The notes under the pieces: model-generated | Databases searched by the model: none | What the model was told of the DNA's origin: nothing | Seen by the model: only the letters and a program-made list of their open reading frames with translations | NCBI GenBank assembly: GCA_965203325.1 | Contig: OZ241875.1 | Span: 2,912,001 to 2,976,000 of the forward strand | Length of the DNA: 64,000 bases | Source of the DNA: a bacterium | GTDB lineage: Bacteria; UBA8248 | Direction: 5' to 3' | Made by a program: the position numbers and the translations under genes | Part shown: one piece after another, positions 55,156 through 64,000 of the stretch | Numbering within the stretch: the first letter of the stretch is position 1 | Layout: each line of letters starts with the position of its first letter

Positions 55156-56247
55156 TCAGGGGTCGGGCAGAATCACCGGCGCCACGTCCTCGAGCAGCGG
55201 CAAGACCTCGCGCCCGAAAATCTGCGTTTCCTCCAGATACGGCCAGCCGTGCATGATGAAATGCGTCACGCCGGCGTCGATGTATTCACGGAACTGATTC
55301 GCCACCATCTCCGGCGTGCCCACGAACGTCGTGGCCCCGCCGGCGCGCACCTTGTTCACGCCCATCCAGATGGTGTCGGTGAGCCAGAGGGATTCTCTTG
55401 AGGCCATCTCGTTGATTCGCGACTGGCTCGTGGATTCGCTCAGGCGAACCGAATCTGCCCAGGTGGCGGTATTGCCGATGTCGCTGTCGTTCAGCCAGCC
55501 CTCCACGGTGCGCCTCGCTTCTTGTCTTGTCTCCCGCACGCAGACGCAGTGGCGCACTCCGAATTCGAGAGGGGCGTTGCGCTCGAACTCATTTTCCAGC
55601 TTTTTGACCTCTTCGATTTCCTTCGCCACGGTTTCCGGTTCATAGGCGAAGTAGACGTGAACGTCGCCGAAACGCGCGGCGACACGCTTCCCGCCGGGGG
55701 AACTCCCCGCCAGAAAGATGGTGGGATGGGGGTCCGAGTGGCGTTTCGGCCAGACGTGGGCGTCTTCTAAGTGGAAAAAGCGGCCTTTGTAATTCACGGG
55801 TCCATCTTCCCGCCAGAGGCGGTGCACGACCTCGAGAAATTCCTCGGTCACCTCGTATCTTTCATCATGAGGCGCGTGGTAGCCGTAACGCCTCAGATCC
55901 GCTGAGTTCGCGCCCGAGACGACGTTCAAGGACAAGCGGCCTTTCGTGAAGTAATCGAGCGTGTTCGCCTGCTGGGCGGCGTAGACCGGCCCCACGAGAC
56001 CGGGGCGGAAGGCGACCAGAAACTTGATTTTCTTCGTTTGGGTCGCCAGGGCGGAGGCCGTCTGCCAGGCATCCAGGCAGTGTGTGCCCGTCGGCACCAG
56101 AATGTTGACGCACCCGGCGTCTTCGGCTGCTTGCGTGACCCGGGCCAGATAATCCAGCTTTGCGGGACGCTCGGGAACGGCGGGGTTGATTTGATGGCCG
56201 TCGCCCGCGTTGAACGAGCACAATGCCCAATGAAACTGAACGGACAA
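55156..56247 (-). CDS. Luciferase-like (LLM) flavin monooxygenase, SsuD-like
   Basis: LVPTG..CLDAW, KFLVAFRPG, GRLSLNVVSG, AGSS, VGTPEMVA. Confidence 0.88.
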   Translation of the reverse strand: MSVQFHWALCSFNAGDGHQINPAVPERPAKLDYLARVTQAAEDAGCVNILVPTGTHCLDAWQTASALATQTKKIKFLVAFRPGLVGPVYAAQQANTLDYFTKGRLSLNVVSGANSADLRRYGYHAPHDERYEVTEEFLEVVHRLWREDGPVNYKGRFFHLEDAHVWPKRHSDPHPTIFLAGSSPGGKRVAARFGDVHVYFAYEPETVAKEIEEVKKLENEFERNAPLEFGVRHCVCVRETRQEARRTVEGWLNDSDIGNTATWADSVRLSESTSQSRINEMASRESLWLTDTIWMGVNKVRAGGATTFVGTPEMVANQFREYIDAGVTHFIMHGWPYLEETQIFGREVLPLLEDVAPVILPDP

Positions 56248-56478
56248 GTCGTCTCCAGCAGTTTGAATGCGCGCCGGATTTCTCCGAAGCTTCGAACGGG
56301 AAGGCCCGCTTTCAAGGACGCACCCGGCGCTTTTTGTCGTGAATACTACACCATCGTCGATTCACAATGAATGCGCAAAGAGTTCGAAGCATTCCGAACA
56401 TCCAGCCATGCGTTCAACCAGTGGGTGTACAGAGAGAACGTATGCGGCGTGGTGTTTTTGCATGTGCCTTGATTCCGT

Positions 56479-57684
56479 TCACCACCGCCTGGGATGATCC
56501 TCAGGAACGGGGCCGCTCAAGGCGCCGCGGCCCGATTTTTGTCTGATGTAGACGGTCTTGTCGTGGTCTTCGGGAATTTCTCCATGGAGCGCTTTTTTCA
56601 GCCAATCCACGGCCCAGGGGTTCAGGTCCAGGTTGCCGAGTCCCTGCATTCCCCACACTCTGTGGAACTCGTTTTCCAGCACCCATAACTCCTTGGGCGC
56701 CGTGATCTCCTCGAAAAAGCGGAAAGCGTCTTCCAGGTGGCTCAGCGGGTCGAATTCTCCCGTGGCCAACAGCGTCGGGCAGGAGATTTTCGCCCCGCAA
56801 CCGTTGAGCGTCATCTTTGCGGCCATCTCGTCGAAGGCGTCTTCGTCGGTGTACCCGGCCATGTACATGAAAATTTGCTTGAAGCGCGGAGACGCTTCGC
56901 CGAAGATCACGTGCTTGTCCGAAAAAGTGGCGCTGCCGCCCGCGCAGGCCTTGATCCTCTCGTCGATCGCTGCGGCGAGCGGCGCCCAGTAAGAACCCAT
57001 GCTGATGCCGAATACGCCGATTTTATCCGGGTCGATTTCCTCGCGGGTCACCAGATAATCGACCACCGCCGAAACAGCGCGCTCATAATTGTTTTCGGTC
57101 ACGCGAATCTTGCGCATGTTCGAGATGCCTTGTCCGGGGCCGTCGATGGCGCAGGCGTGCATGCCGCGCCGGATCATGTCGTTCTGCAGGATGTAGGGAT
57201 AGAATTCTTTCGTCTGGTCCATGCCGGGGATGTAGATGACGCAAGGGGCTTTTCTCCTGCCCGGCAGGAGATGGAGGATGATTTGAATTTCCCGGCCCTC
57301 GAAGGGGACTTCGACCCGCTCCCCCGGGTAATCGGCCAGGGCCATCGCGCGGTCGTAGCAGCGGATCAACCCGGCGTGAAGCTTGATCTTCTGCGGGTGG
57401 TCGTCCTCGAAGATCACGTGTTGTCCCTTGCGGTATGATTCCGACGCCTGGAGGTAGAGTTCGAGCGCCGTTTCCCGCATGCCGGCCTCTTCCGCCGCCC
57501 GGGCGATCTGTTCTTTGTGTTGCGCATCCTCGCCCTGGAGCTTGCTGATCATCTTGTAGTTCTTCACGCCCTTGGGAAGCTCGAACTTGTCGTCTTCGAA
57601 GTTCTGGACCATGCCCGCCGTCTTGGCGATGTAATCCAGAATCCATTGCTGGTTGTCGCGTCGGCGAACGTGTTTCAGAGACAT
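56479..57684 (-). CDS. Alpha/beta hydrolase (2,6-dihydroxypseudooxynicotine hydrolase/FrsA-like)
   Basis: PGMDQTKE, DGPGQG, GISMG nucleophile elbow, GEFD, FH. Confidence 0.82.
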   Translation of the reverse strand: MSLKHVRRRDNQQWILDYIAKTAGMVQNFEDDKFELPKGVKNYKMISKLQGEDAQHKEQIARAAEEAGMRETALELYLQASESYRKGQHVIFEDDHPQKIKLHAGLIRCYDRAMALADYPGERVEVPFEGREIQIILHLLPGRRKAPCVIYIPGMDQTKEFYPYILQNDMIRRGMHACAIDGPGQGISNMRKIRVTENNYERAVSAVVDYLVTREEIDPDKIGVFGISMGSYWAPLAAAIDERIKACAGGSATFSDKHVIFGEASPRFKQIFMYMAGYTDEDAFDEMAAKMTLNGCGAKISCPTLLATGEFDPLSHLEDAFRFFEEITAPKELWVLENEFHRVWGMQGLGNLDLNPWAVDWLKKALHGEIPEDHDKTVYIRQKSGRGALSGPVPEDHPRRW

Positions 57685-57743
57685 ATTTATCCTCGCTTGC
57701 TCAAGTTGTATGAGTGCCCATGATTACCGAGCCATCTCGAAAT

Positions 57744-58844
57744 TCAGCATCCGCTTTTTCCGTCGTTCGGGATGGTGAGAATTTCCGCCGATTTCAGCAC
57801 TTCGTTGTCGGTTGCGCCTCCTGTGATGAGAACCCGCCCTCCTCCCAGCGAAGTGGCCGTATGGAGGCGTCTGGGGAATTTCATTTCGACGCCCACGGAC
57901 CAGAAGCATCCATTCCCGGGCTCATACACTTCCGCGGCTGCCAGGGTCCGCCCCTCACCGCCCCAGCCGCCGATCAGGACGACCCTGCCGTCAGGCATCA
58001 GCGTGGCGGTGTGCTGCTGGCGCTTGACGCGCAGTTTGCCTTTCAGGGGGATGAATTTTTCCGTCGCCGGGTCATAGATTTCAGCGCCGGCGAGCGTTTT
58101 TTCCTTGCCCAGGCCGCCTGCGATGAGCACCCTCCCGTCCAGAAGCCGTGTAGCGCTGTGGCGGCTCCTTTGCGTCGTGAGGCTTCGGACCAGCCGTGTT
58201 CTTCCTTGCGAGGGCAGGTAAAGCTCCGCGTAGCGCGCCCCCTTTCCTTCCGCGCCGCCCAAGATAAGGACGTTCCCTCCGGATAGCGCGGTGGCGCTGT
58301 GCTGCTGGCGCGCCATGAGCATGGGTCTCCGCGCCGGGAGGAAGCGCTTTTTGCCGGGCGCGTAAATCTCCAGATGGCGTATGGCGCGCTTCCCGTCGTT
58401 GCCGCCGGCGATGAGTACGTCTCCGGCGGGCAGCTTCGTCATCGTGTGATCATAGCGGCCATACTTCATCATGGCCCGTGCGCGGACTCCCGCGCCGGGT
58501 TGTATGAGAAAAGAGTCTCTGAGCGCCTCTCCTCCGTTCGTCCAGCCACCGGTAATCAGCACGGCGTCTTTTAAGAGAATCGCCTTGTGCCACCCTCGCG
58601 CCCGCAGGCCTTGAATCTTGTGGGGTTTGAAGGTCCCCTGGGTTGGGTCGTATATCTCGAAATCATCCAAGGGAGAGGTTTTCGTGAGACCCGCGGCGAT
58701 GAGTATTTCGCCGGTTTCGAGTTTTGTGGCTGTATGCCCGTGCCGGGGGGCGTTCATATTCCCCGACGAGGAGAAATCTCCCTCACCGCCGCAGGCGGCC
58801 AGGGCCATGCCGAACAGCAAACAAATTATCGTTCGTATTCCCAT
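57744..58844 (-). CDS. Kelch-repeat beta-propeller lipoprotein
   Basis: Lipobox LAAC; about 7 repeats of H(T/S)ATxLxxGxVLIxGG. Confidence 0.88.
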   Translation of the reverse strand: MGIRTIICLLFGMALAACGGEGDFSSSGNMNAPRHGHTATKLETGEILIAAGLTKTSPLDDFEIYDPTQGTFKPHKIQGLRARGWHKAILLKDAVLITGGWTNGGEALRDSFLIQPGAGVRARAMMKYGRYDHTMTKLPAGDVLIAGGNDGKRAIRHLEIYAPGKKRFLPARRPMLMARQQHSATALSGGNVLILGGAEGKGARYAELYLPSQGRTRLVRSLTTQRSRHSATRLLDGRVLIAGGLGKEKTLAGAEIYDPATEKFIPLKGKLRVKRQQHTATLMPDGRVVLIGGWGGEGRTLAAAEVYEPGNGCFWSVGVEMKFPRRLHTATSLGGGRVLITGGATDNEVLKSAEILTIPNDGKSGC

Positions 58845-58965
58845 CCATTCTCCCCTGGGCTTCACGATTCAGGCGGGAGGCTTCCGCAAGACCTCATGGC
58901 CTCGAAAACCCGCCTGTGATACATTTTCGCCCATACCTTGAGTCCATTCCATACCGGGAGCCATT

Positions 58966-59916
58966 ATGCGCGAGACGGGCGATATCCGAAACGTCGCTGT
59001 CATCGGGGGTGGATATGTGGGCCGGGGCGTGGCGCTGCAGTTCGCCCTCGCGGATTTTCGCGTCTCGATGTTCAACCGAAGCCCCGAGAGCGCTGCGCGC
59101 GCGCGTGCCGAGATCGAAAAAAGCCTTGATATACTTGTCGATGCGGACGCGCTGGAAGGAGAAGGCGCGCGCGGTGTTGCAGAGCGCATCGCCCTGACGC
59201 AGGATTTCCGGGAAGCCGTGGGTGGCGGCGATTTCGTCGTCGAGGCGGTGAGTGAAATTTTATCGCTCAAACAAGATGTTTTCGAGAAGATGGACGCGAT
59301 AGCCCCACCCGACGTGATACTGGCGAGCGAGACCTCGGGTCTGGGGATGACGGATATTTCCGCGCGAACGAGTCATCCCGAACGCTGCATCGTCACCCAC
59401 AACTACACCCCGCCTCATCTCATACCCGTCGTGGAGGTGGCGGCCGGCCGCCGGACGAGCCCGGATACGACGCGGATCACCTGTGAGTTGCTCGAAAAAT
59501 CGGGCAAGGAGCCCATCGTCTGCCGGGAGGTGCCCGGACACATCGGGGTGAGGCTCACGACGGCGCTCAGGCGCGAGGCTTATCATATCGTGGAACGAGG
59601 CTACGCGCGCCCCGAGGACGTCGACGCCGTATGGCGCTCTATCGCACCTCTTTTTCCCGCGCTGGGGCTGTGCAAGCTCAACGATTTCTCGGGAATGGAC
59701 GTGCTGCGCGACGTGCACCGCAATATCCAGCCCACGCTCGATCACCGCCCGGAACCCGGTCCTCTGATGGACGAGATGGTGGAGAAGAACCTGCTCGGCA
59801 TCAAGAGCGGCGAGGGGTTTTACAAGTGGACGGCGGAATCGGCCCGCGAGGCGGCGCGCCTGCGGGACGAGGCATTGATTCGGTTGTACCGGGATCGAAA
59901 AAACGAGGTTTCGTGA
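58966..59916 (+). CDS. 3-hydroxyacyl-CoA dehydrogenase family protein
   Basis: GGGYVG, VEAVSE..LKQ, SETSGL, THNYTPPHLIPVVE, KSGEGFY. Confidence 0.9.
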   Translation: MRETGDIRNVAVIGGGYVGRGVALQFALADFRVSMFNRSPESAARARAEIEKSLDILVDADALEGEGARGVAERIALTQDFREAVGGGDFVVEAVSEILSLKQDVFEKMDAIAPPDVILASETSGLGMTDISARTSHPERCIVTHNYTPPHLIPVVEVAAGRRTSPDTTRITCELLEKSGKEPIVCREVPGHIGVRLTTALRREAYHIVERGYARPEDVDAVWRSIAPLFPALGLCKLNDFSGMDVLRDVHRNIQPTLDHRPEPGPLMDEMVEKNLLGIKSGEGFYKWTAESAREAARLRDEALIRLYRDRKNEVS

Positions 59917-59967
59917 CGGAAACGGAGCGGAATTCAGGTTCGTGAACCTTCATGCGGAGGAGCCGAC

Positions 59968-61185
59968 ATGGTGGATTACATTCTGGACGACGAACTGAAA
60001 GCCTGGCAGGGCAAGATCGCCGAATTCTCGAAAAACGAATTGCGGCCCTACGCGGCCGAGTGGGACCGTCAAAACGGGATCGACCCGACGAGTCCGTTTC
60101 CCATGGACGCGCTCAGGAAAGCTTCCGCGGCGGGCATCCGGACGCTCACGACGCCCAAAGAGATGGGCGGGGAGGGTTTCGGGATATTCGCGCACGTGGT
60201 CCTGCTGGAGGAGCTGTTCCAGGGCGAGGCGGGCTTCGCCTCCGTCATCCACCAGAACTGGAAGCTCGCCAAGATGCTCTGCCACTTCACCACCGAGGAG
60301 CAGCGCGCGGAGTTCCTGCCCCGCTACATGGACGTGGACACCTCCACCATGGCCATCGGCATGACGGAGCCCCAGGCGGGCACGGACAACATCATGCCCG
60401 CCACGAACGTCGACGGCGGCGCGCGGCTCTCCGCCGTCAGGCAGGGCGATACCTGGATTCTGAACGGCAAGAAGCACTTCATCGCCTGCGCGTCGATGAG
60501 CAACATCAATTTCATTGTGGCGAGAACCAACCCGAACGTCCCCGTGAACGAGGGGACCACCATGTTCATCATGACGGACGAGATACCCGGCTTTAGGCAC
60601 GGAATCATCCACGGCAAGCTCGGCGCGCGCCTTCTGATGAACGGGGAGCTCATCTTCGAGAACGCCGAAGTGCCTGAAAAATGGCGGCTCAGCGAGGTGG
60701 ACGGCGGCCTGCCCTACATGGCCCGCGTCTTCTCGCGCCACTCGCCCACCACGGCCACCTTCGGGGTCGGCATCGCGCGCGCCGCCTTCGAGGACGCCCG
60801 CGCCTATGCGCGGGAGCGCGTCCAGGGCGGTAAGCCCATCATCGAGCACGCGCGGATACGCGAGATTCTCGCCGACATGTACGTGAGCATCACCGTCGCG
60901 CGCGACGCCGTCTGGCATGCCGCCTGGCACGCGGATACGGCGGGCGACGATGAATACGACCACAAGCAGGGTATGCGCGCCGCCCTGTTCGCCTCCGAGA
61001 TGGCGCCCCAGGTCTGCATCAAGGGGATGAACATCTTCGGCGGCAACGGCTACATGGACACCCACCCGGCCGAGCGCCACCTGCGCGACGCGATGATGTG
61101 CTACCACATCGACGGGCTGAACGACACGACGCGCTTGAAGCTCGGCGGCCTGCTGGCGGGAGAGGCCTTCGCGGGCGCGCTCTAG
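59968..61185 (+). CDS. Acyl-CoA dehydrogenase family protein
   Basis: MTEPQAGTD, LNGKKHFI, RVQGGKPI, FGGNGY, ERHLRD. Confidence 0.9.
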   Translation: MVDYILDDELKAWQGKIAEFSKNELRPYAAEWDRQNGIDPTSPFPMDALRKASAAGIRTLTTPKEMGGEGFGIFAHVVLLEELFQGEAGFASVIHQNWKLAKMLCHFTTEEQRAEFLPRYMDVDTSTMAIGMTEPQAGTDNIMPATNVDGGARLSAVRQGDTWILNGKKHFIACASMSNINFIVARTNPNVPVNEGTTMFIMTDEIPGFRHGIIHGKLGARLLMNGELIFENAEVPEKWRLSEVDGGLPYMARVFSRHSPTTATFGVGIARAAFEDARAYARERVQGGKPIIEHARIREILADMYVSITVARDAVWHAAWHADTAGDDEYDHKQGMRAALFASEMAPQVCIKGMNIFGGNGYMDTHPAERHLRDAMMCYHIDGLNDTTRLKLGGLLAGEAFAGAL

Positions 61186-61199
61186 GGGCCCTGCGCCGG

Positions 61200-61678
61200 G
61201 GGCAAGTGCGGGCAATTGCGGGGAAATGCGGGGGCCGGCGGAAAACTTTTTTTGCCGCTTTATTTGAGTGTCCTGCGCTCAGATTTGAATGATAACTCTT
61301 TTTATTACAACCGGTTAAGCGATCAGGAATTGTCATCTATTTATCGAAAAACCCCGTAAATTTATTGAATTTTTCAGGAATTCCCGAGGCGGCCCGAGAG
61401 ATGTGCCCGTGTGCCCATGGATGGCGCCGGGAATCGCCGGTGAACCGGCTCGTCTCATGGCGTGCTCCCGTTCGGTGACGACGCGCAGGGCCGGCCCGGA
61501 GGTCGCCTGGAATCTTCTTCGCCGGACTCGCATGGTTTCGGATACCCCCCCTTTCGCCGGATGCGCCGTCTCGCTCCCGGCCTGTAAAACCCGTCCCTTT
61601 CTCGGGACGCGGGCCGTGGTGTATTCTGGGCGCTGCGCGGAATCGCCGCGACGCGCAAATGCGGGCAAATGCGCGCGC
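61200..61678. repeat. Partial third copy / fragments of the 17367 and 21195 repeat family
   Basis: tttatcgaaaaaccccgtaaatttattgaatttttcaggaattc (61340-61383) matches copy B; gcaaatgcggg-type decamers at 61200-61235 and 61655-61678. Confidence 0.7.
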
Positions 61679-61758
61679 GGGAGAATCCGGGTGGGGAGGG
61701 GGAATGTTCAAAAAGCCCGATTAGCGAGGATTTGACGCGACCGGGGAGGGTCGGTTTT

Positions 61759-61840
61759 GTAGGGGCCGCATACATGCGGCCCATGACGGGCGGCGAAAAA
61801 CCAGGGACGCATATATGTCGGACATATATGTCCGACCTAC
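61759..61840. repeat. GTAG-type REP doublet
   Basis: GTAG-GGGCCGCATACATGCGGCCC ... GTCGGACATATATGTCCGAC-CTAC. Confidence 0.75.
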
Positions 61841-61932
61841 ACAAACAAATTTCCTCTCTCTGGGTTTTTCAACAGCCCCCTCAAGGGGGGAGTTGATTCG
61901 AAATTCTCGGCGGGGCCGCATCGCCTTTTCTT

Positions 61933-61963
61933 ACCCCCCTGTTAAGGGGGGGTAGGGGGGGGT
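61933..61963. repeat. Single arm of the C-rich/G-rich palindromic element
   Basis: C(n)TGTTAAG(n)TAG(n), similar to the arms at 27975 and 30713. Confidence 0.7.
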
Positions 61964-62017
61964 GACTGAATGGTGTTTCCCTTCAGACGGTAAAACCGAA
62001 GCCCCCGGGAGTATGAA

Positions 62018-62431
62018 ATGCTCATCGTGAACGAGAGGCTCAAAATCCCGCTGCGCGAAATCCACTTCCAGTTCGCGCGCGCGGGCGGCCCCGGCGGGCA
62101 GAACGTCAACAAGGTCTCGACCAAGGCGGTGCTGCGCTGGAACATGGCGGCGTCAAAGAGCGCGCCCGAGGACGTGAAGGCGAGGCTCAGGACGCTCCAC
62201 CCGCGCCGCGTGACGCGGGAGGGAGAGGTCGTCATCGCGAGCAGCCGCTTCCGCGATCAGGGCCGGAACGTCGCCGACTGCCTCGAAAAGCTCCGCGCCG
62301 CCCTGGCCGCCGCCGCCGACCCGCCCAAGCCGCGCCGCCCCACGCGCCCCACCCGTCTTTCCAAGGAAAAACGCCTCAAGGACAAGCGCGAACGCGCCGA
62401 GAAGAAGAAGTTGAGGGGGAAGGTGGGGTAG
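62018..62431 (+). CDS. arfB: Alternative ribosome rescue factor B (peptidyl-tRNA hydrolase)
   Basis: GGPGGQNVNKV, R.Q..N, basic C-terminal tail. Confidence 0.95.
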   Translation: MLIVNERLKIPLREIHFQFARAGGPGGQNVNKVSTKAVLRWNMAASKSAPEDVKARLRTLHPRRVTREGEVVIASSRFRDQGRNVADCLEKLRAALAAAADPPKPRRPTRPTRLSKEKRLKDKRERAEKKKLRGKVG

Positions 62432-62450
62432 GGGGGACAGGTAGCGGAGG

Positions 62451-62906
62451 TTATTCGTTCGCTTCGGGCGACAGGAAATCAATGAGTCGAGATTCGAGTT
62501 CGGACTCGTCTTCCGTTTCACACTCCCACACGACCAGCGCATTCCAACCGAGCTTTTGGAGGTCGTCTATTTTCCGACGATCACGGGCGACGTTCTGCCG
62601 GAATTTCTCTTCCCAGAAGTCGGTTCGTGTTTTCGGCGTGGTCGTTCGTCGGCATCCTTCGTGCCTGTGCCAGAAACAGCCGTGAACGAAAATCACCTTC
62701 TTGCGCGAGGAGAAACAAATATCGGGTGTTCCGGGCAGGTTCTTTCTGTGCAGACGATAGCGGTAGCCGAGGCCGTGCAACAACTTTCGAACGATCAACT
62801 CCGGTTTGGTATTCTTCTGGCCGACTCGCGCCATGAGCGCGCTGCGCTCCGGCGACGGTTTGGTTTCAATCGGCGGCTTCTTCCGGGGTCGACGGGGCAT
62901 AGTCAT
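62451..62906 (-). CDS. vsr: Very short patch repair endonuclease
   Basis: RSALMARV..KNTKPE, LPGTPD, FVHGCFWHRH, VVWEC. Confidence 0.95.
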   Translation of the reverse strand: MTMPRRPRKKPPIETKPSPERSALMARVGQKNTKPELIVRKLLHGLGYRYRLHRKNLPGTPDICFSSRKKVIFVHGCFWHRHEGCRRTTTPKTRTDFWEEKFRQNVARDRRKIDDLQKLGWNALVVWECETEDESELESRLIDFLSPEANE

Positions 62907-63999
62907 CTATGGCCTGAATGACTTTGGCGAGAGAATCTACAACAGTTCTTTTTTCCAAATAGTCCTTGTATGCCTCATAGGCATCATTGAGAAGTTGGTC
63001 ATAGAAAACAATCCTGCCGTTATATAGTTTTAATGATTCGACTGCTTTTTCTTTGCGAACCGTATCTTGCCATTCCTGAGGTTCCTTACCCAAAAGCAAC
63101 ACGATTTCAATCGGTTCATTCGAGAGCTGTTGTCTATCCAGAATCTTGCGCATTCCCGAATAGTATTTTTCTATCTGTTCCCTGATCACATCTAGTATTC
63201 GAATGACTCTTTCCGGTCTCTTGAGCTCAATGATGACGTGCTGTCCTGCCGTCTTTCGATATTTGATGTCGAGTCGTCCATTCTTTTCTTCTTCAGACAA
63301 ACCTGCATCTACGTCGTCAAAAAGAGCCTGTACCCTGGTTTCCATGAATTCACTACTCTCGGTGCGCTCCCAAGAGGGATCCAGTAACCAGAGATGATCG
63401 AACAAATATCTCTGTATGGCTTTTTCAAGGGAGTTTTCGTCGATTTTGTCTTGTAGCGTGCGAATGACTTGTATTCTTTGTTGGACGATTTGACCGTAGA
63501 GCGTAAACTCGAGACTGTCCAGTTCGCCGAATACTTCGAGCGCCGCTTGTAGATTATCGTCGTCGATGTCTTCCAAGTTATCGAGGTTCTCATTGACACG
63601 ATGAAACTCGAAAGCAAGCACGGCGTGTTTGATCAATTGTTTCTGTTCATCGACTTCGTCAATCCTTATCCGGTTGAGCCTGCCGAGCCATTTCCTCGCT
63701 TTTTTGCTTGCCGCCGGTTTGAGTTGCTCTACCCAAGACTTTACTTCCGGTATTTCCAAAGCCTTCTTTTCCCCTTGCTCTGCCCGGAGTTCGGCCCACT
63801 TGTTCTGGATATGTTTTAATTCTGTGCTGATAATTTCACGAAGTTTTCGATATCTTTCATCATCTTCAACAATCCGCTGACGACTGCTCGTGGCGGCATC
63901 ATCATCTTCATCCGTTCCTGGGCCGTCGTATTTGTCTAGCTCGTCTATACGAAGTTCACCGATGAGGTAGTTGGCGTAGACACCTCGCTCCGAGAAATC
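62866..63999 (-). CDS. HgiDII/BbrUII-like restriction protein, 3' part (ATPase N-terminus presumably beyond window) with C-terminal PD-(D/E)xK nuclease
   Basis: Frame open to the window edge: YLIGELRIDELD...DAATSSRQRI; FDHLWLLDPSWE, GRLDI...IIELKRP; AT-rich; adjacent to vsr. Confidence 0.72.
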   Translation of the reverse strand, partial: DFSERGVYANYLIGELRIDELDKYDGPGTDEDDDAATSSRQRIVEDDERYRKLREIISTELKHIQNKWAELRAEQGEKKALEIPEVKSWVEQLKPAASKKARKWLGRLNRIRIDEVDEQKQLIKHAVLAFEFHRVNENLDNLEDIDDDNLQAALEVFGELDSLEFTLYGQIVQQRIQVIRTLQDKIDENSLEKAIQRYLFDHLWLLDPSWERTESSEFMETRVQALFDDVDAGLSEEEKNGRLDIKYRKTAGQHVIIELKRPERVIRILDVIREQIEKYYSGMRKILDRQQLSNEPIEIVLLLGKEPQEWQDTVRKEKAVESLKLYNGRIVFYDQLLNDAYEAYKDYLEKRTVVDSLAKVIQAIDDYAPSTPEEAAD

Positions 64000-64000
64000 A

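Noticed and set aside
61186..62017. CRISPR array in the repeat-rich intergenic regions
   Set aside because: No regularly spaced identical repeats with unique spacers and no cas genes.

Overview
GC-rich bacterial chromosomal window with no CRISPR array or rRNA. (1) 1-14524: two back-to-back respiratory complex I (nuo) operons, the tail of one (nuoL-M-N) followed by a separately promoted nuoA-B-C-D-H-J-K-L-M-N operon lacking nuoE/F/G and nuoI. The second NuoL carries an exact 26-residue duplication in its lateral helix, the hallmark of '2M' complexes, yet its operon has only one nuoM. (2) 14691-17361: an AT-richer accessory island bounded by ~96-bp direct repeats, with a decayed IS1595-type transposase and three passenger genes. 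(3) 17367-21362: a segment bracketed by ~168-bp inverted repeats, containing a predicted sigma54-driven structured small RNA, a HAD hydrolase, an AIR-synthase-family gene, tRNA-Phe, an OsmC-like gene with an in-frame UGA plus SECIS-like hairpin (probable selenoprotein) and a DinB-like gene. (4) A 1718-aa exonuclease-like/RecQ/UvrD double-helicase fusion, an orphan xanthine-dehydrogenase-family Mo subunit flanked by palindromic repeats, and an MMPL-MpaB/Lcp oxygenase-MMPL triad. (5) 37-61 kb: a Liv-type ABC importer and a long catabolic region (amidohydrolase, DUF1116, ThDP enzyme, atypical acyl-CoA dehydrogenases, CoA ligase, M24 hydrolase, SDRs, DRE-TIM enzyme, LLM monooxygenase, alpha/beta hydrolase). 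(6) Right end: arfB, vsr and the 3' part of an HgiDII/BbrUII-like restriction gene. All calls come from motif recognition by eye; no searches were run.
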